From: an uncultured Gammaproteobacteria bacterium
GTDB taxonomy: Bacteria; Patescibacteriota; Microgenomatia; UBA10105; UBA927
DNA length: 45,965 nt
Direction: 5' to 3'
Assembly: GCA_964442525.1 (NCBI GenBank)
Contig: CAYTZO010000001.1
Location: 2,039 to 48,003 of the forward strand
In this document: positions 23,690 through 31,862 of the stretch, in pieces
How positions within the stretch are numbered: the stretch's first letter is position 1
Layout of the letters: each line of letters starts with the position of its first letter
Position numbers and translations under genes: made by a program
The notes under the pieces: model-generated
Database searches by the model: none
The model's input: the letters and a program-made list of their open reading frames with translations, nothing else
What the model was told of the DNA's origin: nothing

Positions 23690-24154
23690 TTAGAAAGCGA
23701 AAAGCCCGGTAAGGAGAAGGAGGAATCCGCCTCCAATGATTATTGATCCCCAAATCCCTGGTGGCGCTCCTGAAACGGGCACTTTTGGTGTCGGCTGCGC
23801 GGTCGGCGTGGGCGTTGGAGCCCCCGGCGGAGGCGTGGGTGTGGGGGTAGCCGTGGGTCCTGCCGTTGGTGTAGGTGTGGGCGTTTCCGTGGGTCCCGCG
23901 GTCGGCGTGGGTGTGGGGGTAGCCGTGGGGGTAGGGGTCACCGTTCCGGTCGGCGTGGGTGTGGGGGTAGCAATAGCAAAGGTAAGCACCTTGGTACAGT
24001 TATTGACGACGGCCTGCGGTTGCGCTTGGGGCACGGACGGAGCAACGGGCTGTTCCTGCCTCAATCCTTGTGACGTTAAAAGCACGACCACGCCGAGTCC
24101 GACCGTTATGACTGCGACAACCAGTAAATACCAATATTTCTTAAAAAAATTCAT
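23690..24154 (-). CDS. Pro/Thr-rich stalk protein with an N-terminal TM/signal anchor and a C-terminal VPVSG + hydrophobic sorting-like signal
   Basis: 154 aa. Residues 62-124 are almost entirely TPTPT/AGPT repeats. VPVSG is encoded at 23768-23782, followed by IWGSIIIGGGFLLLLTGLFAF and the stop. Confidence 0.7.
   Translation of the reverse strand: MNFFKKYWYLLVVAVITVGLGVVVLLTSQGLRQEQPVAPSVPQAQPQAVVNNCTKVLTFAIATPTPTPTGTVTPTPTATPTPTPTAGPTETPTPTPTAGPTATPTPTPPPGAPTPTPTAQPTPKVPVSGAPPGIWGSIIIGGGFLLLLTGLFAF
23832..23971. repeat. Imperfect tandem repeats encoding the TPTPT(A/T)GPT stalk
   Basis: The 20-mer ggcgtgggtgtgggggtagc occurs three times (23832, 23904, 23952), with 25-26-nt identical extensions between copy pairs. 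Confidence 0.85.
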
Positions 24155-24162
24155 AGCTTATG

Positions 24163-25521
24163 TTAGTGCCATTTTCCATCAGTGCCGTAAATTTCCGCTT
24201 CTATCGAAATTTTATTATCAACAAGAGACGCAGGCGTAATGGTAAAATCAAGGGTATATTCATTGCTTGCGTTTTTGGCGGAAGTTTCTGTCCAAGCCCC
24301 GCCGTTAATTCGTATATGCGCTTTCGTCGCGAGCCCTCCGGAAACTGCAATGACAATACTGTCGTTAATCTGGAGCGAAGAAGGATCGGGGACAAGTACG
24401 CCATCTTTATAAATCTTGACCCCATTACAGGCTGGCGTTTCTCCGCCCCCTCCGCCGCCGCCTCCAGGAACACAGCCGTTATTATTAGGGCCACAAACAT
24501 ACCCCTTAACACAACACGTGTAGCCGCTCGGGTCATTGAAGTTTTTACACCACGCACGATTTTGGTTGCCACACGAAGTCCGAATGTCCGGTTCGCACTT
24601 TTTGCTTGTACACGCATCTCCTCCCTGACAGTGACAATCCGCGCCAGTAGTACACGATTGGCCTGCGCTTGCTCCTCCGCAATCCGGACCCTTACTTGGT
24701 GGTGGCGTTGGGGTAGCCTTCGGAAGTCCCGAACAACAGATACCAGAACTGCACGCTCCTGACACAACAGCTCCACCACCATCCGTACATTCTGTGCGAC
24801 TAGGAACACATGTATTGCCCTGCTGTGTACAAGTGGGGCGTGGGGTTGGAGTTGGAGTTGGAACTATTCCTCCTCCAACGCGGCATCTGCCATTTACAAG
24901 GTTAAGACCACTACAACAAGGTTTACTGGCTGTTGGTATATCTCCATCTTCGGTACAGTCATACACTGCGCTGCTTCGAAGCTCCGCAACCCGTCGGTTC
25001 TGCTCAGAAACGTAGTAGACTGCCACCGGAATGGTAAAAAGGAGCAACGCAAGAACCGCCAAGACAACTCCCCTTATGGATTTTGACTTTTTTGGCTTCG
25101 GTCCTTGCGGAGGAGGAGGTGCGGCGGCTGCCGGTTCCTCCGGAACGTTGAGAATCTCATCGACTACTTTTTCTTCTTTTTGTTCGGTTGCCGTCCGTTG
25201 ATCGGGTGTTTCTTGGGGGGCTTCTTTTGTTTCCGGCGTCGGTTCAGGCTCTCCTGGCAGCGGCGCCTGAGCGTTTGAAGCCTCAACTGCAACAGGCGGC
25301 GGGGCCGCGGCCGCAGACAATTCCGGCGGACCCGCTACGGGCTTAGGCATCTGGGCAATAGCTTCAGTTGGGGCTGACGGACTGGTTACCGGAGATGCTT
25401 GGGTGGGGGGGGCGCTACCTTCTGCTGGTGGCGGAGAAGCAGGGGGAACGCCGGCGCTTTTGGCTGCATCGTCAATAGCCTTTTGTGCATTTGTCTGTGC
25501 AGCATCGAGTATGTCGGGCAT
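24163..25521 (-). CDS. Type-II membrane protein: Pro/Ala-rich N-terminal part, one TM, four Cys-rich modules (23 Cys) joined by PT/Gly linkers, C-terminal beta-sandwich-like domain
   Basis: TM at residues 149-171. All Cys lie within residues 189-365 (24427-24957), and a G8 run is present. No family recognised. Confidence 0.7.
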   Translation of the reverse strand: MPDILDAAQTNAQKAIDDAAKSAGVPPASPPPAEGSAPPTQASPVTSPSAPTEAIAQMPKPVAGPPELSAAAAPPPVAVEASNAQAPLPGEPEPTPETKEAPQETPDQRTATEQKEEKVVDEILNVPEEPAAAAPPPPQGPKPKKSKSIRGVVLAVLALLLFTIPVAVYYVSEQNRRVAELRSSAVYDCTEDGDIPTASKPCCSGLNLVNGRCRVGGGIVPTPTPTPRPTCTQQGNTCVPSRTECTDGGGAVVSGACSSGICCSGLPKATPTPPPSKGPDCGGASAGQSCTTGADCHCQGGDACTSKKCEPDIRTSCGNQNRAWCKNFNDPSGYTCCVKGYVCGPNNNGCVPGGGGGGGGETPACNGVKIYKDGVLVPDPSSLQINDSIVIAVSGGLATKAHIRINGGAWTETSAKNASNEYTLDFTITPASLVDNKISIEAEIYGTDGKWH

Positions 25522-25617
25522 ATCAGTGCTTTGCGATTCAATATAGTGGTCTATGTCTAGCTTAGAGGAAAAGGGAAGAGCGAGTCAAGGAAGAAAAGTT
25601 TTTTTGCATACCTATTA

Positions 25618-26940
25618 TTAACGAAGCACGACGGCGACTCCTCCCGTGATAAATGCGATGCTTGTAATAAGCAGAAGAAGAGTCGGCAGGAAATTGCCGC
25701 TTTGAGGAATAGGTTGACCGGCAAGCGTTGATGTAGGCGTCGGCGAACTTGTTGCGGGGAGGGTCGGCGTGAGGCTTGCTGAAGGAGTAGAAATACCCAG
25801 TACCTGTGTGCCGCTTTTGAGAATTTCAAATGTGCGGGTAATGGCAACCGGTTTTCCTGAGATATTTGCGCTGGTTATGGTAACGCTCTGTTTGCCTGGA
25901 TCAAGCGGGCGAGACGGGGTGTATTGCCAAATACCATCGGTTCCGACCTTCGTTGACCCCCCGAAGGGTTTCGTTATACCCAATACAATGGAGACGACAT
26001 TGCCCGGTACTCCCGTCCCCTGAACAAGAGGGATGAAGGACGACAAAACGGCATCCTGGGCAGGCTTCGTTAATGTAACTTGTGTGGTTTGAACCGTTGT
26101 TGCGCCGAGAACGCTTGGGTTTGTTGCAGCGAGTTTCGGGGTGGTTACGCTGGGGGCGGCTTGTTGCTGGTTAGGTGCAAATGCCTGCTGTCCGCGGAAA
26201 TCATAGCTTTTGCCAAGCCTCATCTCCGGTACCGGCGAATCATTGAGCGTGTCGGTAATGGCGGAGGACTGCTCATTTCCCAGCCGAACAGTAAGTTGTT
26301 CGGCTATACGATCTTCTTTCGGGGGAAGATACTGGGTAAGATCGGCGGATCGGATAAGGTTAAGGGGAATAAGCCACGTGCCTCTGTTTGAGACGAGAGT
26401 AGAGAGTTTTTGACTTCCCTCGATGGTCAGATATATGAGCGCGCCCCCTGCGCCTTGACCCGTTGCGGTTGTTACCGAGCCATATGCCGGGCCGCGGTCG
26501 CTTGCCGATCCGATAAGCGTTGATCCCGTCTGAACGGGTCCGGAGATCGCACTGCCGGTAAACGTCTTTCCGTTGGAAAGTATGCTCATGGCATACGATG
26601 TATTTGCCCCAGCGGAGCGGAATGTGACGCTATGCGTCGTATACTTTCCCAAGCTCTTCCCGTCTCCATTTCCCGCTACGTCACGCTCATCAAAGACGAC
26701 ATCTAGTTTTTGCGCCTGATTGCGTACTGCCACGGCGCCGGTAGCGGGGGAATCGGTGATCCAGGAGACAGTAAAGCCGGTATCGGACACATTCGTAACT
26801 TCGACATTCTTTGGTGTGATATCCGCTGATGCAAGAGTCGGGAGCCGGGATAGCTGCTCAAAGCCTACAATGAACCCACCCACGAGCAGAACAAAAAGCC
26901 CGAGTCCGACAAGTGTTGGTATTTTGGTAGGGAAGCGCAT
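25618..26940 (-). CDS. Surface protein: signal anchor, FN3/purple-acid-phosphatase-N-like domain, central beta-rich region, Ig-like domain, C-terminal IPQSG + TM sorting-like signal
   Basis: Start taken at MRFPTKIP (cat at 26938-26940), 1 nt after the upstream stop. Strings VTNVSDTGFTVSWITD...THSVTF and GVPGNVVSIV...GIWQYTPSRPLDPGKQSV. IPQSG is encoded at 25696-25710. Confidence 0.7.
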   Translation of the reverse strand: MRFPTKIPTLVGLGLFVLLVGGFIVGFEQLSRLPTLASADITPKNVEVTNVSDTGFTVSWITDSPATGAVAVRNQAQKLDVVFDERDVAGNGDGKSLGKYTTHSVTFRSAGANTSYAMSILSNGKTFTGSAISGPVQTGSTLIGSASDRGPAYGSVTTATGQGAGGALIYLTIEGSQKLSTLVSNRGTWLIPLNLIRSADLTQYLPPKEDRIAEQLTVRLGNEQSSAITDTLNDSPVPEMRLGKSYDFRGQQAFAPNQQQAAPSVTTPKLAATNPSVLGATTVQTTQVTLTKPAQDAVLSSFIPLVQGTGVPGNVVSIVLGITKPFGGSTKVGTDGIWQYTPSRPLDPGKQSVTITSANISGKPVAITRTFEILKSGTQVLGISTPSASLTPTLPATSSPTPTSTLAGQPIPQSGNFLPTLLLLITSIAFITGGVAVVLR

Positions 26941-26941
26941 A

Positions 26942-27148
26942 CTAGTAGGTCGTCCGGTTTTCCAGCATCGTGAACACATCGGTATCAAGTTTCGGCGAGA
27001 GAGGGGTAAGTATCTGCGAAACCGTTTGGGGAACGGTCGTCGTTTTCGTCGTTTTTACGAGTTCAAAAAAAATCCACGCGGTAACGGTAAAAAACGTAAA
27101 CAGAGAAATGAGTAGCAAATCACGGTCATTTTCCATACTGCCCTTCAA
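26942..27148 (-). CDS. Small single-pass membrane protein, translationally coupled between pilO-like and the FN3/Ig protein
   Basis: 68 aa with one TM (LLLISLFTFFTVTAWIFF). 4-nt overlap with the pilO-like stop and 1-nt spacing to the next start. Confidence 0.5.
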   Translation of the reverse strand: MKGSMENDRDLLLISLFTFFTVTAWIFFELVKTTKTTTVPQTVSQILTPLSPKLDTDVFTMLENRTTY

Positions 27149-27801
27149 AGATTTTGATAATACGTTTTTAATTGTAGAATAAGTTGCAACGTAACTCCAC
27201 CCGGCTGTATGCGGCTAACCGATTCTGTTGAGGGAGCGATCCGGATGGAATCAATCGTGATAATTCGTTGGAGCGACAAAAGCCCGTCAAGAAATCCTTT
27301 TAGGTTTATAAACGGCCCATTGATGGTAAGGGCTATTGGGTATGGCGTAAGTGCGGGAGACTTTGCTTGTGCCGCGCTTGTGGCCTGATCTTCCGCCAGA
27401 GGAACAGAGGTCACCTGAAAAGCAGATATTGATGCGCCGGTGACGGCAGCAAGATTTTTGAGCGTAATGGCCAGTTCCACCGGCGAGGCGGTCGTCGGGA
27501 TTGCAGCAGTGACGAGAGGAATTTTTCCCGTCGCCGCTTCATATGCTGCCTGACTCTCAATAAGGGCTGAAATTTTTTCTTCCATCTGACCATTTACCTT
27601 GGTTTTATCGGCAATTTCGCGGCGGAGAAAGAGGATAGTACGAACGGTCGGGAGAATCGCGTAGAGCCCGAACAATGATATGGCAAGAAAGGAAAAAACT
27701 GTCGTGGAATATGCCTTGGTTGCCGGCTTATCTGCAGCTTCTGTTATTGTCTGATAGTACCGTTTATAACGGGTGGGTTTGAGAAAATCATTTGTTGGCA
27801 T
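27145..27801 (-). CDS. PilO-like type IV pilus alignment/assembly protein
   Basis: Short cytoplasmic N-terminus, one TM, a coiled-coil segment (REIADKTKVNGQMEEKISALIESQ), then an alpha/beta domain. Positioned directly after pilN-like. Confidence 0.6.
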   Translation of the reverse strand: MPTNDFLKPTRYKRYYQTITEAADKPATKAYSTTVFSFLAISLFGLYAILPTVRTILFLRREIADKTKVNGQMEEKISALIESQAAYEAATGKIPLVTAAIPTTASPVELAITLKNLAAVTGASISAFQVTSVPLAEDQATSAAQAKSPALTPYPIALTINGPFINLKGFLDGLLSLQRIITIDSIRIAPSTESVSRIQPGGVTLQLILQLKTYYQNL

Positions 27802-27810
27802 AGGATAGTG

Positions 27811-28353
27811 TCATTGGGTTTTTGCAAGAGATGCGGTTAACTGAAATTCAATGCCGGTTAACGGATTCTTTTTGATACCGGAGATCTGGATATTTTGAAG
27901 CCGCGAACTCTGTGCGATGTTGGCAAGGAATTGGGAAAATCCACTCGTTGTGCCAGCCGCCGCATTGATCGTGAGCGACCCGCTTGCCAGGGTAAGAGAT
28001 TGAAAATACACGCTCGGAGGAATCATCGTCTGAAGTTCTTCAATGATATCACGCGGCACGGTTTGGGCGGCTGTGAGCGTTTTAATGGAACGCATGCGTT
28101 CCTGAATTCCCCGAAACGTTAATTCAAAATCCGCGTTTGCTTCGATAATGGATTGTTTTTGAGCGAGTTCCTCTTTGAGATCGGTAAGTTTTCGGTCAAG
28201 GCTGAAGCGGGAGATGAAGGCAAGAAGCACCACGATTTCCGTCGTGATCATGATATATCTTCCATAGGTTGTTGCCCACGTAAGGAGTCGGCCCCATGGC
28301 GTATGTTGGAGATCTTCTGCCCCAATAAGATTTATGGAAGGACCGGCAGGCAT
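27811..28353 (-). CDS. PilN-like type IV pilus assembly protein
   Basis: N-terminal SINLIG (INLL-type PilM-binding motif), one TM, a coiled coil, and a C-terminal ferredoxin-like region. TATACT box 6 nt upstream of the ATG. Confidence 0.65.
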   Translation of the reverse strand: MPAGPSINLIGAEDLQHTPWGRLLTWATTYGRYIMITTEIVVLLAFISRFSLDRKLTDLKEELAQKQSIIEANADFELTFRGIQERMRSIKTLTAAQTVPRDIIEELQTMIPPSVYFQSLTLASGSLTINAAAGTTSGFSQFLANIAQSSRLQNIQISGIKKNPLTGIEFQLTASLAKTQ

Positions 28354-28419
28354 ACCTTCAGTATAAAATGTCGCATGCCAAATGCCAAATGGTATTCCTG
28401 TTGAACGCGCATTAGGAAC

Positions 28420-28659
28420 CTATTTCTTTTTGAGGAGTTTGGCGAGGCGTGACTTGAGGCGAGCGGCTTTGTTGGCGTGGAGAACGCCATGCTTGGCTGC
28501 TTTGTCAAGCGTCCGGTATGCAAGGGCAACTGTTTTTGGCGTCTTCGTTTTTCGGGCAGTCTTCACCGCAGTGTGAACTTTGAGCCGGGTCGCTTCGTTT
28601 TCTTTTGAGCGAGTTCGGTCGTGAGAGAGCTTTTTTATTGCGCGTTTCGTAATAGGCAT
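28420..28659 (-). CDS. rpsT: 30S ribosomal protein S20
   Basis: 79 aa, highly basic. The sequence MPITKRAIKKLSHDR...AAKHGVLHANKAARLKSRL is typical of S20. Confidence 0.9.
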   Translation of the reverse strand: MPITKRAIKKLSHDRTRSKENEATRLKVHTAVKTARKTKTPKTVALAYRTLDKAAKHGVLHANKAARLKSRLAKLLKKK

Positions 28660-28725
28660 GGGCGGAGTATAACACAGAAATTGGTACGTGAAAAGAGCAG
28701 GGAGAAGTGGGTATAATGGATTGTC

Positions 28726-30375
28726 ATGGAGAGAATTTGGGCGGTTCTGACCAAAAAACAGACGACCGTGGGTTCTGCTGCATTTGTATTGGTGCTCATG
28801 GTTTTTGCATCGCGCGTCTTGGGACTTGTGCGGGATCGGTTGCTGTCTGCCCGGTTCTTACCCGACGATCTCGGTGTCTATTTTGCGGCATTTCGTCTGC
28901 CCAATCTTCTGTTTGAACTCCTTGTCATGGGAGCGCTTACCTCCGCATTTATTCCGGTATTTACCAAATATTTGTCTCAGGATAAAGAAAAAGAAGCGTG
29001 GCGTATTGCCGCAACTCTTATTAATGCAACGGTCATTATCCTTGTTATTTTCTCTTTTCCGGCACTTATCTGGACAGAGGCTATTTCAAAGTTTCTTGCT
29101 CCTGGTTTTTCGTCAAGTCAGATTCGAGAGATGACTGCATTTACGCGGGTCATGATTATTTCACAGGTATTGCCTCTCCTTGTAGGAAATTTTTTCACCG
29201 GCATTTTACAGTCGTATAATTTTTTTATCGTTCCCGCCCTCGCTCCCGTAGTTTATAACGTGGGAATCATTTTAGGAATCATCATTCTTACGCCCTCCCT
29301 TGGGCTCTGGTCGCCTGTTGTCGGCATCGGGCTGGGAGCCTTGCTTTTTATGGTGATTCAAATTCCGCTTCTCATGCGCGCGGGTTATCGATACAGTCTT
29401 GAACTTAACTTAAAACTTCGTGGCGTGGGGGAGGTTGTGCGACTGATGGGGCCGCGCACGTTTGGGCTTGCGGTGTCGCAGATTGATACGACGGTTGATC
29501 TGATTCTCTCAACACTTCTTGGGGCGCGCATGGTAACGATTTTTAACTTTGCGCAACACCTCCAGCAACTACCGATTGGACTTTTTGGCGCAACGATAGG
29601 ACAGGCAGCACTGCCGCTTCTGTCCCAACAACTAGCAAAAAACAACAGGGAAGAATTCAAGCGCACTCTGACTCACGCACTTCATCAAATTCTTTTTTTT
29701 GTACTCCCTGCATCGATACTGTTTATTGTACTGCGCATTCCCGTGGTCCGGTTAGTATTTGGAGCGGCTCGGTTTGACTGGGAAGCGACGGTTCTTACCG
29801 GTATGACGCTGTCTGCTTTTAGTGTCTCGCTTGCGGCGCAGGCGGCCGTACAGGTATTGGCCCGTGGATTTTACGCACTTTACGATAGTAAAACGCCGGT
29901 TGTTGCAGGTGTCGTTGCAATTCTTATAAATTCAGCAGTGAGCATTTTCTTTATCCGGTTTATGAAGCTTCCCGTTTGGTCATTGGGGTTGTCCACTTCC
30001 ATTGCAAGCTTCGTGAATGCCGGTCTCCTTTTATGGCTTCTCGACCGTCGGGTGCACGGATTTCCCCGGTGGGAATTGTTTGGTCCGCCGATCAAAATGA
30101 CTATTGCAGCGCTCGTAAGCGGGATAGCACTCTACATCCCGCTAAAACTCCTTGATCAATTAGTATTTGATACGACACGCGTATTTGGACTCATACTTCT
30201 CACCGGCGTAAGCGCAATAATTGGACTTGCGACCTATATGTTTCTTTCCTGGGTATTTGGCGTAGGAGAAGTGCGATCGCTTTTGGGTCTTTTGCGTCGG
30301 GTACAACGGGTTCGCGTTCTGTTTGAACCTGCTTCCGAAGTAATCAATGGGGGCATGGAAGACAAGATGTCATAG
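28726..30375 (+). CDS. murJ: Lipid II flippase MurJ/MviN
   Basis: 549 aa, about 14 TM helices. The N-terminal SRVLGLVRDRLLSARF motif is typical of MurJ. Confidence 0.85.
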   Translation: MERIWAVLTKKQTTVGSAAFVLVLMVFASRVLGLVRDRLLSARFLPDDLGVYFAAFRLPNLLFELLVMGALTSAFIPVFTKYLSQDKEKEAWRIAATLINATVIILVIFSFPALIWTEAISKFLAPGFSSSQIREMTAFTRVMIISQVLPLLVGNFFTGILQSYNFFIVPALAPVVYNVGIILGIIILTPSLGLWSPVVGIGLGALLFMVIQIPLLMRAGYRYSLELNLKLRGVGEVVRLMGPRTFGLAVSQIDTTVDLILSTLLGARMVTIFNFAQHLQQLPIGLFGATIGQAALPLLSQQLAKNNREEFKRTLTHALHQILFFVLPASILFIVLRIPVVRLVFGAARFDWEATVLTGMTLSAFSVSLAAQAAVQVLARGFYALYDSKTPVVAGVVAILINSAVSIFFIRFMKLPVWSLGLSTSIASFVNAGLLLWLLDRRVHGFPRWELFGPPIKMTIAALVSGIALYIPLKLLDQLVFDTTRVFGLILLTGVSAIIGLATYMFLSWVFGVGEVRSLLGLLRRVQRVRVLFEPASEVINGGMEDKMS

Positions 30376-30441
30376 CGAGTTTACGCCATAGAGGCGTCGC
30401 CAACCGGAGAAGAGTGATTGCACCGGTTCGTTCCGTATTTT

Positions 30442-31848
30442 TTACCGCCTCGTGAGTTCGATAATGGCAACGCTTTGGGCGGGCATGTAGACCTGACGGG
30501 AAATGGTGCTATCGGCAGCAGCAGTTTGGGTAAACGAGACATCCCGTCCAAAAAGGAATCGTTCGCGCCAGAGGTAAGTGCCCGGATCAAGGTTTGCAAA
30601 GGTTACGGGAACATTTTCAACGTGGTTACCTGAAGAATCGAAGTTGACAAGCATGAGCCGCAGAACTCCTGATCTTTCGCTGGCAAAACCAGTGACCCAA
30701 CTTCCTTCACCGGTGAGCGCACGCCTCGTTCCTGCCATAGTATCAAGGAAGTTAAAGACATAGTACCGAGGTTTTGGTTTCTTGCCGTTGTTTTCATGAG
30801 TGATGAGTCCCCAGCCATTGCCCTGTTGATCGTTTGGGCCATCTTTGAGTTCAAAGGAAAAAAGATATTGCGGCCCGCCCGAGATAAGCTGCCGGATAGC
30901 GGCAGCAGTGAATGCCGAGGCATACGTTGTACCATAGCGAACGTCTTTATCGCCGGTAAAACCAAATTCCGTGATAAGCTTTGGTATAAGAGTCACATTC
31001 GGATACGGCAGGAGCCATGTGGTGAGATTCCGCTGATCAATCCCAAACTGAGCAGGGTTAGAAAGATATGAATGCCAGCTAAAAAAGTTGAGTCGGTATC
31101 CACTGGTAGCGAGTGCGATAATCCAGTTTTTGTTTAACTCGCTCGTTGCCGGGCCCCCGAGAAAAAATCCATTCACGTTTGCTGCATTTGCTGCACCTTG
31201 GCTCGCGTAGCGATAGAGCGTAAGATAGTTTTTGTCGCCTGAAAGTCCCCAGCCGCCGAATTGGCGGAGATTGGGCTCATTCCACACTTCATAATAGATG
31301 CCAGCAAGATTTTTTCCCGATCGGCCGCTTACGTGTTCGATTGTTTTTTGTACTACGTAGGCCCACTCGTCCCAATTCGTTGGAGGATTGGTCATTACAC
31401 CATCACGAGCGATAGCCGGCGGCATATAAGAGAGGGCGATCGTTGGCTTGGCACCGGTAGCAAGTATAGTATCGATGGCGGTATCGAGTTTGCTCCAATC
31501 AAACGAGAGCGAACCTCCCTGCCGGCTTACGTTCACATATATATCATAAAGGTGATCAATGCGTATGACTTTTGGTCGGAGCGTACGTACTTCACCTGTT
31601 ACCGGTGCAAGCATGTCCGTTGCCTCTTCTCCGCCCTGAGCGAATGCGTGGAAAAAGTTTGTATTAAGGGGTTCGAGCGTTGCTTTGGCATCAACGCGGA
31701 TGTTTGCGCTCGTACCGAGCGCTCGCGTCATAAGTTGGACTGCTTGATAGGTTACAAGAAGAAGAAGGGGAAGGAAAATGAGCATGGTTACCAGCGAAAC
31801 CAACGAGACGGCTTTTTGTGGAACGCGATGTTCTAAGGGGTTTGCCAT
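30442..31848 (-). CDS. Membrane-anchored clan GH-A glycoside hydrolase, GH39-like
   Basis: N-terminal TM. YYEVWNEPNL fits an acid/base Glu context and KLITEFGF a nucleophile Glu context, with (beta/alpha)8-like spacing. Substrate unknown. Confidence 0.7.
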   Translation of the reverse strand: MANPLEHRVPQKAVSLVSLVTMLIFLPLLLLVTYQAVQLMTRALGTSANIRVDAKATLEPLNTNFFHAFAQGGEEATDMLAPVTGEVRTLRPKVIRIDHLYDIYVNVSRQGGSLSFDWSKLDTAIDTILATGAKPTIALSYMPPAIARDGVMTNPPTNWDEWAYVVQKTIEHVSGRSGKNLAGIYYEVWNEPNLRQFGGWGLSGDKNYLTLYRYASQGAANAANVNGFFLGGPATSELNKNWIIALATSGYRLNFFSWHSYLSNPAQFGIDQRNLTTWLLPYPNVTLIPKLITEFGFTGDKDVRYGTTYASAFTAAAIRQLISGGPQYLFSFELKDGPNDQQGNGWGLITHENNGKKPKPRYYVFNFLDTMAGTRRALTGEGSWVTGFASERSGVLRLMLVNFDSSGNHVENVPVTFANLDPGTYLWRERFLFGRDVSFTQTAAADSTISRQVYMPAQSVAIIELTRR

Positions 31849-31862
31849 GGATACCCTTCCTC

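Noticed and set aside
23736-24809. Plus-strand GVGVGV-rich ORF (23736-24239), plus-strand ORF 24160-24762 and alternate-frame minus-strand ORF 24201-24809
   Set aside because: The plus-strand ORFs are mirror images, and 24201-24809 is an alternate-frame reading, of the PT-repeat and Cys-rich genes. The minus-strand frames chosen give signal anchors, coherent modules and tight operon spacing.
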